Of a stretch of 64,000 nucleotides of DNA, positions 49,658 through 60,630 are shown piece after piece. The notes under the pieces are model-generated. The model saw only the letters and a program-made list of their open reading frames with translations. It did not search any database and was not told the origin of the DNA. Position numbers and translations under genes: made by a program. Position 1 is the stretch's first letter; each line of letters opens with the position of its first letter. The DNA comes from an uncultured Alphaproteobacteria bacterium. Its GTDB lineage: Bacteria; Pseudomonadota; Alphaproteobacteria; Rhizobiales; Methyloligellaceae. The DNA is taken from NCBI GenBank assembly GCA_963786425.1, contig CAWAZB010000001.1, positions 672,254-736,253 on the forward strand, read 5' to 3'.

Positions 49658-49734
49658 TGGTAGCGGAGGAGGGACTCGAACCCCCGACACGCGGATTATG
49701 ATTCCGCTGCTCTAACCAGCTGAGCTACTCCGCC
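49658..49734 (-). tRNA. tRNA-Met(CAT), elongator type
   Basis: GGCGGAG acceptor stem, GCGGA-ATCATAA-TCCGC anticodon arm, GGTTCGAGTCC, encoded CCA. Confidence 0.97.
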
Positions 49735-49753
49735 AATTGGCTGGAAAGACGGC

Positions 49754-49783
49754 GATATAAGGAGCGCCAATAACGGGTGTCAA
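49754..49783 (-). promoter_or_regulatory. sigma70 promoter of tRNA-Met
   Basis: TTGACA followed 17-18 bp later by TTATATC on the minus strand. Confidence 0.6.
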
Positions 49784-49851
49784 GCAAACGCCTGGCGAGC
49801 ACGAGGCCGCGGGCGATCTGGCGCCGTCCCGATGCCCGCCCCGGCCTTCTC

Positions 49852-50571
49852 TCACGGGCAATGTCGAACAGCGGCCGCTTGCTCAGACAGGCGCGAGGCC
49901 GCGTAGCGGGCGCGCGCTTCGCCATAGCCGGGATCTTTCACGAAGCGGAGCATGGTGAAGAGGCCGAAGGGCCAGACCGTCTTCTGTTCGGCGAGCCGCA
50001 GATCGTCGCAGACGAGCACGCGTTCGAACGAGAACACTGAATGCCAGCCGATGGCGGCGGCGACCGGCGCGAGCCGCCGCTCAACGAGGCCACGGACCCC
50101 CGCCTCCTGGCTGAAATGATTGACGAGGATCACCTCGCCGCCAGGCGCGCAGACGCGCTCAAGCTCGCGCATCACCTTTTCCGGATCCGGCACCACGGTC
50201 AGCACATACATGGCAACCACGGTGTCGAAGCTCTCATCCGGAAAAGACAGCGCACTCGCATCCATCTCATGCAGTCCGGAAATATTGCGAAGCCTTGCGC
50301 GCGATGCCCTTGCCCGCGCTTTGCCGAGCATGTCGGGGGAAAGATCGATGCCGGTGACGCTGAGATGCGCGCCATAGGATGGCAGCGACAATCCGGTGCC
50401 GACGCCGACTTCGAGCACGGACCCCTTCCGCCGATTGATGACGCGCGCAACTTGCTTCCGCCCGTTATCGGCGATCATGCCGAAGGTGAGGTCGTAGATC
50501 GGCGCCCAGCGGCGATAGGCCTCGCGAACCGAGGCGGCATCTGCAAGACCGGTTTTAGCAGCCACCCGCAT
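49852..50571 (-). CDS. pmtA: Phosphatidylethanolamine N-methyltransferase (Rhodobacter type)
   Basis: AYRRWAPIYDLTFG, VLEVGVGTGLSL, VVAMYVLTVVPDP, ILVNHF. Confidence 0.8.
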   Translation of the reverse strand: MRVAAKTGLADAASVREAYRRWAPIYDLTFGMIADNGRKQVARVINRRKGSVLEVGVGTGLSLPSYGAHLSVTGIDLSPDMLGKARARASRARLRNISGLHEMDASALSFPDESFDTVVAMYVLTVVPDPEKVMRELERVCAPGGEVILVNHFSQEAGVRGLVERRLAPVAAAIGWHSVFSFERVLVCDDLRLAEQKTVWPFGLFTMLRFVKDPGYGEARARYAASRLSEQAAAVRHCP

Positions 50572-50607
50572 GATCTCTTCCCGATATGGTGTCAGGCTTC
50601 GCGACGC

Positions 50608-51834
50608 TCAACGCGACCCGAGTGCCAACGCCTCACGATTATCGCGTCCACGCTGACGTGACACATTCTCTTTGTCGATATGAGCCGCTCGCGTCGAGGC
50701 GATCCAGCCTCCGCCGAGCAGACGCTCTCCATCATCGGCGTAGAGCACACAAGCCTGGCCCGGCGATACGCCGTCCTCTCCATGCGCGAGCTCGACCTCG
50801 ATGCCGCTTTGCGTCACCTGCACTCTTGCCGGCTGCAGCGGGCCGCTCGAGCGGATGCGGGCAAGAACCTCCCTGCCCTCAGCCGCCAGATCCTCCAACG
50901 TATCCTCGCCGAGCCAGTTGACGTCGCGCAGCGCGATGTGGCGCTCGCGCAAATGATCGCGCGGGCCGACGATGACATGGCGCCGTTCCGCATCGAGCTT
51001 CACGACGTAAAGCGGCTCGGCGGCGGCGATGCCGATGCCGCGCCGCTGCCCGATCGTGTAATTGATGATGCCGTTATGCCGGCCGAGCACGCGCCCGTCG
51101 ACATGCACGATTTCGCCCGCCTCCGCCGCTCCAGGACGCAAGCGCTCGATCACTTGCGTATAGCGGCCGCTCGGCACGAAGCAGATATCCTGACTGTCGG
51201 ATTTCTCGGCGGTGAGCAGGCCGAAATCTCGGGCGAGCTTCCGCGTCGCCTCTTTGTCGAGATCGCCGAGCGGGAAGCGAAGGAAGGAAAGCTGCTCCCG
51301 TGTCGTCGCGAACAGGAAATAGCTCTGATCGCGCTCGCGGTCCTTGGCGCGGTAGAGACGAAAGCCGTCCGGCCCCGGCATGCTCCGCACATAATGCCCG
51401 GTGGCGAGCGCGGCGGCGCCGAGATCCTTCGCGGTCTTGAGTAAATCGCGAAACTTGATCTTCTGATTGCAGGCGACGCAGGGCACCGGCGTCTCGCCTG
51501 CGAGATAGCCGTCGGCGAAGGCGTCCATCACCTCTGCGGCGAAGCGCGTCTCGTAGTCGAGCACGTAATGCGGGATGTCGAGCGCCTCCGCCACGCGCCT
51601 TGCGTCGTGGATGTCCTGGCCGGCGCAACAAGAGCCGTTCCGGCGGGTCGCAACCCCATGATCGTAGAGTTGCAGCGTGATGCCGATGACGTCGTAGCCC
51701 TGCGAGTGGAGAAGCGCCGCTACCACCGAGGAATCGACGCCTCCGGACATGGCAACGACCACGCGCGTCTCAGCCGGCGAGCCGGGCAAGTAAAGGCTGT
51801 TGAGCCTGGTCGGCTTTGCTGAGGCCACTGGCAT
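50608..51834 (-). CDS. mnmA: tRNA 2-thiouridylase MnmA
   Basis: [43 protein letters not shown]. Confidence 0.97.
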   Translation of the reverse strand: MPVASAKPTRLNSLYLPGSPAETRVVVAMSGGVDSSVVAALLHSQGYDVIGITLQLYDHGVATRRNGSCCAGQDIHDARRVAEALDIPHYVLDYETRFAAEVMDAFADGYLAGETPVPCVACNQKIKFRDLLKTAKDLGAAALATGHYVRSMPGPDGFRLYRAKDRERDQSYFLFATTREQLSFLRFPLGDLDKEATRKLARDFGLLTAEKSDSQDICFVPSGRYTQVIERLRPGAAEAGEIVHVDGRVLGRHNGIINYTIGQRRGIGIAAAEPLYVVKLDAERRHVIVGPRDHLRERHIALRDVNWLGEDTLEDLAAEGREVLARIRSSGPLQPARVQVTQSGIEVELAHGEDGVSPGQACVLYADDGERLLGGGWIASTRAAHIDKENVSRQRGRDNREALALGSR

Positions 51835-52062
51835 TGCTCAAAAAATCGATCGGTTGGGCCGGTTCGGCGAAGCGGCTCGCGCGAAGTCCCTGCCGCGCAC
51901 TGGCTCATGCCGAATTGAGGAGAAGATAGGCATGGGGCCGGAGCTGTGCAAGCCAAAGCGCGTCGCCGGCAAGGTCCGTAGCCTGCCCGGGCCGCCGGGT
52001 GTTCGGGGGTGAAAAGGTGAAAGTTTTCAGTAGTTCAGTGCGGATTCTTTTTACCGTTCAGC

Positions 52063-52077
52063 TTAGGTAAATCTTAA
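52063..52077 (+). promoter_or_regulatory. CtrA box upstream of sciP
   Basis: TTAG-N7-TTAA. Confidence 0.65.
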
Positions 52078-52157
52078 AGGCGGCGGCTGTAGGCTCTGCC
52101 CACGTTGTTTGGACCGAAGTTTGTCTTGGCATTTCAGACAGAGTCATTGTGCGTACC

Positions 52158-52436
52158 ATGACAGAACATTTCAGGCCCCGAGTAAGGTATGTGATCGGCC
52201 CGGACGGAAGTCCTCTCACCATCGCCGATCTCCCCCCGCGCGAGACCAAGAGGTGGGTCATCCGCCGCAAAGCCGAGGTGGTCGCCGCGGTGCGGGGCGG
52301 CCTCCTCAGTCTCGAAGAGGCATGCGACCGCTACACGCTCACCATGGACGAGTTCCTGAGCTGGCAGCGCTCCATCGACCGGCACGGCCTCGCCGGCCTT
52401 CGCGCGACCCGTATCCAGGATTATCGCAGCTTCTGA
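52158..52436 (+). CDS. sciP: CtrA inhibitor SciP (DUF1153)
   Basis: VIGPDGSPLTIADLPP..RWVIRRKAEVVAAVRGGLLS. Confidence 0.95.
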   Translation: MTEHFRPRVRYVIGPDGSPLTIADLPPRETKRWVIRRKAEVVAAVRGGLLSLEEACDRYTLTMDEFLSWQRSIDRHGLAGLRATRIQDYRSF

Positions 52437-52451
52437 TCGTCAGCCTTTCGA

Positions 52452-52823
52452 TCAGGCTTGGGACGACTGGCGCACATGCCAGCAGACCCCTGCCGGATCG
52501 ACGATATGGACCTCGCGGCCCCATGGATAATCGGTCGGGGGTCTCAATCTGACGCCGGCGTAGCGATCGCGCAGCCCGAGGGACTCGATCTCCGACCAGT
52601 AAAGGTCGAGATCGTCGACTTCGACGACGAGCATCTGATTTTCCTGCCAGACCGGCACGTTGATGTCCTGCAGCAGGAAATAGGCAGCTCCGAAGCGAAG
52701 ACCGGCGATGCCGCTTTGCTGCCAAACCGGCTCGAAGCCCAACTCCTTGAAGAATTCGATCGCTGACGCGAAATCAGGTCCCGACGGCACAAAGGGAAAG
52801 AGATTTGTCGCCCGCGCTTTCAT
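52452..52823 (-). CDS. VOC/glyoxalase family protein
   Basis: FVPSGPDF..AIEFFKELGF, PTDYPWGREVHIVDPAGVCW. Confidence 0.85.
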   Translation of the reverse strand: MKARATNLFPFVPSGPDFASAIEFFKELGFEPVWQQSGIAGLRFGAAYFLLQDINVPVWQENQMLVVEVDDLDLYWSEIESLGLRDRYAGVRLRPPTDYPWGREVHIVDPAGVCWHVRQSSQA

Positions 52824-52875
52824 ATCTCAGCCTCCATGCAACGCGATCCCAGGCCGCGGTGTTGTTCTGACCGGG

Positions 52876-53334
52876 ATGTCACACCCGCTCTACACCATAG
52901 GTTACGCCGGCGCCGAGCCGCGATCCTTCTTGCGGGCGCTGCATGACGCGGGCGTGAAACTCGTCATCGATGTCAGGGCACAGCCGGTATCGCGCAAGAA
53001 GGGCTTTTCCAAGAACCAACTCGCCGCGCTTCTCGCCGAAGCGGGAATTGCCTATCGCCATCTGCGCGGCCTCGGCACACCGAAGGCCGGGCGCGAAGCG
53101 GCAAGGGGCGGCGATGTCGAAACCTTCAGCGAGATCTTCCACGCGCATCTCGAGGAGCCGGAGGCGCTCGCCGATCTCAGCGAAGCCGTGCGCCTGGCGG
53201 GCGAGACGCCCGCCGTTCTGCTTTGCCTCGAATATGAGCCGGAGCATTGTCACCGGTCGATCGTTGCCGGGCGCATGGCTGAGTTGTCGGGTCAGGAGAT
53301 CGAGCATCTCTTCGCGGCCCCAAGCGACCATTGA
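52876..53334 (+). CDS. DUF488 family protein
   Basis: LYTIGY, VIDVRAQP.SRKKGFSK, LGTP, LLCLE..P..CHRSIVA. Confidence 0.88.
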   Translation: MSHPLYTIGYAGAEPRSFLRALHDAGVKLVIDVRAQPVSRKKGFSKNQLAALLAEAGIAYRHLRGLGTPKAGREAARGGDVETFSEIFHAHLEEPEALADLSEAVRLAGETPAVLLCLEYEPEHCHRSIVAGRMAELSGQEIEHLFAAPSDH

Positions 53335-53358
53335 ATCGTTTCGAAGGAAAGGCGCGAG

Positions 53359-54147
53359 ATGGATCTCGATCTCACCGGAAAGCTTGCCCTCGTCACCGCC
53401 TCCTCGGGAGGCATCGGGCTGGCGATCGCCCGCGCTCTTGCCCGCGAGGGAGCGCGCGTCACCATCAACGGCCGTTCCGAGGCGACCGTCGCCAACGCCA
53501 TCGGCACGCTGAAGAAAGAGCTGCCGCAAGCCGACCTCATCCCACTTGTCACCGACAACGGCACCCCCAAGGGGTGCGACAAGACCATCGCCGCGCTGCC
53601 CTCGGTCGATATCCTCGTCAACAATCTCGGCATCTATGAAGCCGTCGGCTTCTTCGACGAAAGCGATGCCGACTGGCAGAGATTGTTCGAGACCAACATC
53701 ATGAGCGGGGTCAGGCTTTCGCGGCATTACCTCAAGAGAATGCTCGAGCGCGGAGAGGGTCGCGTCATCTTCATCGCCAGCGAGTCCGCCGTCAGCCCCG
53801 CGCCGGAGATGGCGCATTACAGCGCGACGAAAACCATGCAGCTCGGCATTTCCCGTTCGCTCGCCGAGTTGACAAAAAACAGCCGCGTCACTGTGAACTC
53901 GGTGCTGGCGGGCTCGACGCGCACGGAAGGCGTGGAGAAATTTGTCAGCGACCTCTTTCCGGGCGTCGCCTTCAATGAGGCGGAGCGGCGCTTCATCGAA
54001 GAGAACCGTCCGACATCGCTGCTCGGCCGGCTAATCGATCCGAACGAGATCGGCAACGTCGTGGCGTTTCTGTGCAGCCCCCGCGCTTCCGCGATCAACG
54101 GAGCGCCAATTCGCGTCGACGGCGGGCTTGTTCGGAGCGCGTTCTAA
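53359..54147 (+). CDS. SDR oxidoreductase
   Basis: [22 protein letters not shown]. Confidence 0.92.
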   Translation: MDLDLTGKLALVTASSGGIGLAIARALAREGARVTINGRSEATVANAIGTLKKELPQADLIPLVTDNGTPKGCDKTIAALPSVDILVNNLGIYEAVGFFDESDADWQRLFETNIMSGVRLSRHYLKRMLERGEGRVIFIASESAVSPAPEMAHYSATKTMQLGISRSLAELTKNSRVTVNSVLAGSTRTEGVEKFVSDLFPGVAFNEAERRFIEENRPTSLLGRLIDPNEIGNVVAFLCSPRASAINGAPIRVDGGLVRSAF

Positions 54148-54165
54148 TCTGCGGCGTTGCCGGCG

Positions 54166-54687
54166 CTAGCGCGTCGGGCTCGTCGCCGCGTCGGCGGTCG
54201 CGGGCATCTCTTTGCTGCAGTTCGTTTCGCCGCGCTTCCAGCGTTCGAGGTCGAATTCCATCTTGGCGACCTGCTCCGGCTCCATCTTGATGTTTTCCGT
54301 CGTGATGGTGGTGGCGGAGCCGGCCGGCTTGAAGTCGATCACATAAGTTTTGCGTCCGGGCCTGCCGAGATCGGCTCTCGTATGCACGAAAACCGTCGCC
54401 TTGTTGCCGGCAGGACTGACATCGGCGCGATAGACGTGATCCGGGAGAAGCGGATCGACGGGATTGAACCAGCAGCGCTTGATGTTGCCGCCCATCACCA
54501 CATAGACGTCGAGGGGCTTAGAGCGCGCGAGCGAGATCTGCATCGGCGGCGGACGCGAGGCCTCGGCGCTGGCAAGCGCCGCGCTGTCGTCGCTGCCCTT
54601 GAGGGCGCTGCAGCCTCCAACGAGGCCTGCCGCCAAGAGCCCTAGAATTGCGAACATTACGCCCGGCAAAGACATTCCCCACATCAC
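54166..54687 (-). CDS. Putative lipoprotein
   Basis: Hydrophobic leader with LVGGC lipobox-like motif; NIKRCWF. Confidence 0.7.
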   Translation of the reverse strand: MMWGMSLPGVMFAILGLLAAGLVGGCSALKGSDDSAALASAEASRPPPMQISLARSKPLDVYVVMGGNIKRCWFNPVDPLLPDHVYRADVSPAGNKATVFVHTRADLGRPGRKTYVIDFKPAGSATTITTENIKMEPEQVAKMEFDLERWKRGETNCSKEMPATADAATSPTR

Positions 54688-55174
54688 TCAGTCGCGAAAG
54701 TTCACATATTGCAGCGGCTGCTCCAGGGAAAGCCCCTTCACATGCTGGATCACAGTCTGAAGGTCGTCGCGCTTCTTACCCGTGACCCTCAACTCGTCTC
54801 CCTGGACGCTCACTTGCACTTTGAGCTTCGCATCCTTGATTTCTTTGACCAACCGCTTCGCGAGTATCACGATCGATGCCCTGGCGGATCGCAACTTTCT
54901 GCCGAACGCTTTGGCCGGCTGCCTTTTCCACCGTCTTATAGTCGAGCACGCCGGGCTCGATCTTGCGTTTGGCAAGATGTCCTTGCAGCAGCTCGTGCAT
55001 CTGCTTGAGCTTCAGATCGTCGTCGGCATGTAACGTGATCTCGGCCTCTTTCCGCTCGACCTTCGATTCGGACCCCTTGAAGTCATAACGCTGGCTCATC
55101 TCGCGGCTCATATTGGAGATCGCGTTGTCGATCTCTTCGAGCTCGACGGTCGAGACGATATCGAAGCTTGGCAT
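54688..55174 (-). CDS. yajQ: YajQ family c-di-GMP-binding protein, one apparent frameshift at ~54865
   Basis: [14 protein letters not shown]..; C-terminal [29 protein letters not shown] in the other frame. Confidence 0.92.
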
Positions 55175-55266
55175 TTATGGGCTCTCCTAGCGGTCGAGCA
55201 TCACCCCTTTTGTGGCAGAAGCGGGGTTGGTGGCCGATTCGGGGTCCGATCCCCGCGAAAGTCGCC

Positions 55267-55665
55267 TTAACCGGCAGCGCGCTGGAGGGCGCCGCTTGCA
55301 AGCTCGGCCTGCCGCGGGTCGTGCTTGATCCGGTCGGCCTCCCTGCCGTCGAGAAGCTCGAACCGCTTCAATTCCGCGTCGGCCTCGGTCAAAGCATCAC
55401 GAGCGCTCGCGAGCTTCGCCTCAAGATCGGCGGCGGAGGCGCGGAGATTGTCCCGCCGCTGAATGGCCGCCTTGGCAAAGGTCGGATAGGCGAAATGATT
55501 GACGTCGGCGACGCCGGCGCGCTCTTGCTCGATGTCGATCTGACGGTCGAGATCGAGCGCCATCTGGTTGAAATCGTTGATCATTGCCTCGATGTCGGCG
55601 ACCTTCCGGCGCTTTTCCTCGACCTCGAAGCGTTTCAGGCGGCAAATCCCGTCGCTTGACTTCAT
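55267..55665 (-). CDS. fliJ: FliJ-like protein (alphaproteobacterial type)
   Basis: MKS..RLKRFEVEEKRRKVA.IE.MI, EQERAG..HFAYPTFAKAA.QRRDNL. Confidence 0.8.
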   Translation of the reverse strand: MKSSDGICRLKRFEVEEKRRKVADIEAMINDFNQMALDLDRQIDIEQERAGVADVNHFAYPTFAKAAIQRRDNLRASAADLEAKLASARDALTEADAELKRFELLDGREADRIKHDPRQAELASGALQRAAG

Positions 55666-55782
55666 AGCGTTTACCCTCAACCCCCAAACTTCGATGGAGC
55701 GAGCGCCGGCTGCCTTCACGCGAAGTGCGAAGTTCCGGCGCACGGGTTCCCTACCCCTTCACTGCATCTTCACCGACAGCCC

Positions 55783-55798
55783 TTAAACGCCGGTAAAC
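55783..55798. promoter_or_regulatory. CtrA box upstream of fliJ
   Basis: TTAA-N7-TAAAC. Confidence 0.6.
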
Positions 55799-55891
55799 CA
55801 TGTGCCACGCATTTGATCGATCGGCTGGACGGGTTCGCGCGGGGGCTACCGCAAGCGGCTCAGCTTTTGTTAACTATTGGCCCCTAGGTTG

Positions 55892-55910
55892 TTGATTCGA
55901 AATTAACCAT
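55892..55910 (+). promoter_or_regulatory. CtrA box upstream of ctrA
   Basis: TTGA-N7-TTAACCAT. Confidence 0.7.
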
Positions 55911-55983
55911 CCGCTTTTGCGCCGCGTGATGTGCCGTTGGGCGGCGAGTCACGATCTGCCGGGGACGACGGGGGAATAGAGGG

Positions 55984-56682
55984 ATGCGAGTTCTTCTCAT
56001 CGAAGACGACAGCGCTACGGCACAGAGCATCGAGCTCATGCTGCAATCGGAGGGCTTCAACGCCTACACCACCGACCTCGGCGAAGAGGGCGTGGATCTC
56101 GGCAAGCTCTACGATTACGACATTATCCTGCTCGATCTCAATCTGCCGGATATGAGTGGCTATGAGGTGCTGAAGACCTTGCGGGTCAGCAAGGTGCAGA
56201 CGCCGATCCTCATCCTCTCGGGTCTTGCCGGGATCGAGGACAAGGTTCGCGGCCTCGGCTTCGGCGCCGACGATTACATGACGAAGCCGTTCCACAAGGA
56301 CGAGCTCGTCGCCCGCATTCATGCCATCGTCCGCCGCTCAAAGGGACATGCTCAGTCGGTCATCCAGACCGGCGGGCTGAAGGTCAATCTCGACACCAAG
56401 ACCGTGGATGTGAACGGCCAACGCGTGCATCTGACCGGCAAGGAATATCAGATGCTCGAGCTTCTCTCTCTGCGGAAGGGCACGACGCTCACCAAGGAGA
56501 TGTTCCTCAACCATCTCTATGGCGGCATGGACGAGCCGGAGCTGAAGATCATCGACGTCTTCATCTGCAAGCTCCGGAAGAAGCTCGCGGCGGCAACCGG
56601 CGGCAAGCATTATATCGAGACCGTCTGGGGCCGCGGCTACGTCCTCAGGAACCCGGAAGACGAGTCCGAAGTCGCCGCTTAA
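55984..56682 (+). CDS. ctrA: Cell-cycle response regulator CtrA
   Basis: [46 protein letters not shown]. Confidence 0.98.
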   Translation: MRVLLIEDDSATAQSIELMLQSEGFNAYTTDLGEEGVDLGKLYDYDIILLDLNLPDMSGYEVLKTLRVSKVQTPILILSGLAGIEDKVRGLGFGADDYMTKPFHKDELVARIHAIVRRSKGHAQSVIQTGGLKVNLDTKTVDVNGQRVHLTGKEYQMLELLSLRKGTTLTKEMFLNHLYGGMDEPELKIIDVFICKLRKKLAAATGGKHYIETVWGRGYVLRNPEDESEVAA

Positions 56683-56691
56683 AGCCCGGCG

Positions 56692-57324
56692 CTAAACCGA
56701 AGCCGCTCTCAGCACGACTTCCTGCGCCGTCGCCTGTGTGCCGATCTGCATGCCGGCGGCGATGGCGACGCGCGTCGCGTAATAAGCCTGGATGGAATGG
56801 CTATCGAGCAGCGAGGCGCCGGCGCCTGACAGAACCTTCGCGGTCTGCTCCGGCAGCCTCGCGGAGTCGCCCCGCGCCACGATCTGAAAGCCGGGGCTCG
56901 CGACCGCGACCTCAATCGTCCCTCCCCTCGGCAGCGCCGTCACCGCAAGCGCGATAAGGTTGAGCAGCAGCTTCGCTTTGTCCTTGGGAAGCGTCGCCGG
57001 TCCTCCGGACCAGGAGAGCGTGTGTTTGCCCCCTCCTTGCACGAAGTCGCGTGCGACCCTTTCGGCGTCGCGGAGATCGATCTCGGCGCCCGCCGAGCCC
57101 GCAGCACCATAGGCAAGACGCGCAAATTGAAGCTTGGCGGACGCCTGATGCGTGCTCTTGCGGATCAGCGCCATCGCCTGCTCGCGCATCGCCTGGTCGT
57201 GCTCTTCGTCGAGAATTTCGAGCCCGTTGGCGATGGCGCCGACCGGGCTGATGACGTCGTGACAGATGCGGCTCGAAATGAGCGCTGCAAGCTCAAGATC
57301 GCCGACGCCGGCAGCTTCGCTCAT
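56692..57324 (-). CDS. chpT: Histidine phosphotransferase ChpT
   Basis: LAALISSRICHDVISPVGAI.NGLEIL, LQFARLAYGAAGSAG. Confidence 0.95.
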   Translation of the reverse strand: MSEAAGVGDLELAALISSRICHDVISPVGAIANGLEILDEEHDQAMREQAMALIRKSTHQASAKLQFARLAYGAAGSAGAEIDLRDAERVARDFVQGGGKHTLSWSGGPATLPKDKAKLLLNLIALAVTALPRGGTIEVAVASPGFQIVARGDSARLPEQTAKVLSGAGASLLDSHSIQAYYATRVAIAAGMQIGTQATAQEVVLRAASV

Positions 57325-57503
57325 GGCTTTCCCCTCGAATTCGTTCCCCGGCGAAAAACCGCTAGGAGAGGCACGGGACGGTTGCTAATCGGTGGCGTCC
57401 GCGCAGTCTCGCGCGACGCTTCAATCGCGAATCAATCGATCAAGAGCATCTTGCCCTGCCGGGCCCGAGACAGACAACCTAAACTCCGAGGAACTGCAGG
57501 GGC

Positions 57504-58334
<831 letters not shown>

Positions 58335-58341
58335 GCACGGT

Positions 58342-58356
58342 TTAGTAACGGTTTAA
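58342..58356 (+). promoter_or_regulatory. CtrA box upstream of eipA
   Basis: TTAG-N7-TTAA. Confidence 0.65.
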
Positions 58357-58423
58357 GCAAATCATGACGGGCGAGGCTTGCAGCGCTCGCGCTGCGGCAC
58401 GGCTACTGCCTCGGGGATGGTCC

Positions 58424-59254
58424 ATGTTCACGAAATTCCGTTCGGCGGCACTTCTTGCCATTGCCGCCATATCCTTCGCCTCTGCGGCTGCAATCGCGGA
58501 AGAGCGTCAATCGCCGGTCCGGCTCGCCCAAGCGGATGAAGGCCCGATGGTGATCACGCCGCGGCCCTATGACGGTGGGTCCTATGGCAACCGTCCCTAT
58601 AGCCGCGGGTCCTATGACGGGCCGCAGCAGCCCTATCCCGGCAGGCCCATGCCCCCGCCCTCCAGTTATGAGGGTGGTGATGGGATCGGACGTCCCTACG
58701 AGCCGGTTCCGGAGGCAGGGCTCCCAGCCGACAACGAACCCTACATTCCGCCTGAGACCCAGAGCAGCGGCAGCACCTTCTCGATGGAAGAGATCAAGGG
58801 TGCCGGGCATCGCTTCTTCGGCAATGTCTCGATGGGGCTCGCCCAGGCGATCGAATATACCTTTCATCGCGCCGGCCGGCCGAATGGCTACATCCTCGGC
58901 GAGGAAGCCGGTGGCGCGGTCATCGCCGGCGTCCGATATGGCGACGGCATGCTCTACACCAAGGATGCCGGCCAGCATCGCATCTATTGGCAGGGCCCTT
59001 CCGTCGGTTACGATTTCGGTGCCGAGGGCTCCAAAACCATGGTGCTCGTCTATGCGCTGCGCAGCCCGCAGCAGATCTACAGCACGTTTCTCGGAGTGGA
59101 CGGCTCGGCCTATCTGGTGGGGGGCGTCGGCGTCACATTTCTGGCCAGGAATGACGTCATTCTTGCGCCGATCCGCTCCGGTCTCGGCCTCCGTCTCGGC
59201 GCCAATGTCGGGTATTTAAAATATACCCGCGAGCCGACCTGGAATCCGTTCTAG
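58424..59254 (+). CDS. eipA: EipA / DUF1134 periplasmic protein
   Basis: Signal peptide; GHRFFG, PNGYILGEEAGGA..G.RYG.G, YWQGPS.G.D.G, YLKYT..PTWNPF. Confidence 0.88.
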   Translation: MFTKFRSAALLAIAAISFASAAAIAEERQSPVRLAQADEGPMVITPRPYDGGSYGNRPYSRGSYDGPQQPYPGRPMPPPSSYEGGDGIGRPYEPVPEAGLPADNEPYIPPETQSSGSTFSMEEIKGAGHRFFGNVSMGLAQAIEYTFHRAGRPNGYILGEEAGGAVIAGVRYGDGMLYTKDAGQHRIYWQGPSVGYDFGAEGSKTMVLVYALRSPQQIYSTFLGVDGSAYLVGGVGVTFLARNDVILAPIRSGLGLRLGANVGYLKYTREPTWNPF

Positions 59255-59362
59255 ATTGGCGCTAAGGAAAGCGGTGGAGCCGAACGCGCTTTGCCTTGCA
59301 GCAGGTTAAATGGCCGCTGCCTTTGAGTCCGGCTAACGGGCTGAAATGGAGCGCTGAATCGA

Positions 59363-60625
59363 ATGGTCGATATCGGCCTTTATGTAGTCCTCGGTTTCCT
59401 GGCCGCGAGCCTTTTTGCCTTGATGCTCGTGCCGTCCTTCTGGAACCGCGCCGTGCGCCTGACCAGGCGCCGGATCGAGGCGACGATGCCGATGTCGGTC
59501 GCCGATATTCAGGCCGACAAGGATCAGCTCCGCGCCCAATTTGCCATCGAGCTCCGCCGCCTCGAAGTGCGCCTCGACCGGGCGCGCGACAAGGCCGCCC
59601 GTGAGCTCGTCGAAACGAATAAGCGGCGCGTCGAGATTGCGAGGCTTCGATCCGATGCCGACGGCTTGAAGGGGCGCCTGCAGGAGCGAGACAACGCCAA
59701 CCGCGTGCTCGAGCAGACGATCCGCCGGCGGCTGCCGGAGCTCGAGAGCCGGGTGAAATCGGCGAAGGAGGCGATCACGGCGCTTGAAGGCTCCAATCAC
59801 GACCTCCGCAACGCCAATCTTTCGCAGGCCGAGGCTCTGAAGCTCGCCCGCGCGACGATCAATGTGCAGCGGAGCGACATCGACCAATTGCGTGCGACGC
59901 TCGAAGTGGTGTCCTCGCCGCCGCGGCGCTCCCGTTCAGTGGCGGCGCTCGCCGAAGAGAATAAGCGGCTCGGCACCGAGCTTTCCAAGCTGAAAGAGGA
60001 ATTCGTGCAAGGCACGATCGGCGGGCGCGAGAACGAGTTGTTGCGCGGTGAGATCGGCAAGCTCGCCCGGCAGATCCTCACCGTCGCCAAGGCGCAAGGC
60101 ATGCCGCTTCCGACCTATCAGGAGAGGCCGGCAGCCCCGCTCGAAAGCGCGGATGAGATCGAAGCCGAGCCCCAAGCGGCTGCCCTCGGCGCGCTTGGAA
60201 GCTTCCTCGAAGAAGCACAAGATACGCGGGCTACGGAGGCAGAGCCGGAACTAGAGGCTGCCTCCGAGGAGACTGAAGCGGAGCTTGAGGCAGTTTCGGA
60301 AGACATCGAAGAGAGCATCGAGACTATTTCCGACGATTTCGAAGAGGACGTCGAACCCGCCACGGACGATCTCGAAGAGGGGATCGAGCCCATTGCGGAG
60401 GTCGAAGAGGAGGTTGCTCCACCGCTTGCGGCGAAGCCATCGGAGAAGCTTCTCTTCTCAGCGACGTCTGACGATTTCTCCCCGCCGCAGCCGGAACCGG
60501 AGAAGCGCGGTTCGCTCGCGCAGATCCTGGCCGCACGCAAAGAGAAGCGGCGCAGCGCCCCGCCGCAGCGAACGAGCCTCGCCGACCGGCTGAAAGGCGT
60601 TCGCGCCGAAGCGTCGGACGGCTAG
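59363..60625 (+). CDS. Membrane-anchored coiled-coil protein with acidic low-complexity tail
   Basis: TM then RAVRLTRRRIEATMP.S..DIQADKDQLRAQFA; Glu/Asp-rich C-terminal third. Confidence 0.8.
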   Translation: MVDIGLYVVLGFLAASLFALMLVPSFWNRAVRLTRRRIEATMPMSVADIQADKDQLRAQFAIELRRLEVRLDRARDKAARELVETNKRRVEIARLRSDADGLKGRLQERDNANRVLEQTIRRRLPELESRVKSAKEAITALEGSNHDLRNANLSQAEALKLARATINVQRSDIDQLRATLEVVSSPPRRSRSVAALAEENKRLGTELSKLKEEFVQGTIGGRENELLRGEIGKLARQILTVAKAQGMPLPTYQERPAAPLESADEIEAEPQAAALGALGSFLEEAQDTRATEAEPELEAASEETEAELEAVSEDIEESIETISDDFEEDVEPATDDLEEGIEPIAEVEEEVAPPLAAKPSEKLLFSATSDDFSPPQPEPEKRGSLAQILAARKEKRRSAPPQRTSLADRLKGVRAEASDG

Positions 60626-60630
60626 ATCCA

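Larger units (their letters stand above)
38847..49707. mobile_element. Phage-satellite-like integrative element (~10.8 kb) inserted in tRNA-Met
   Basis: Bounded by att direct repeats; tyrosine integrase next to the distal att; Xis-like, Rep and terminase-like genes; AT-richer cargo. Confidence 0.9.
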
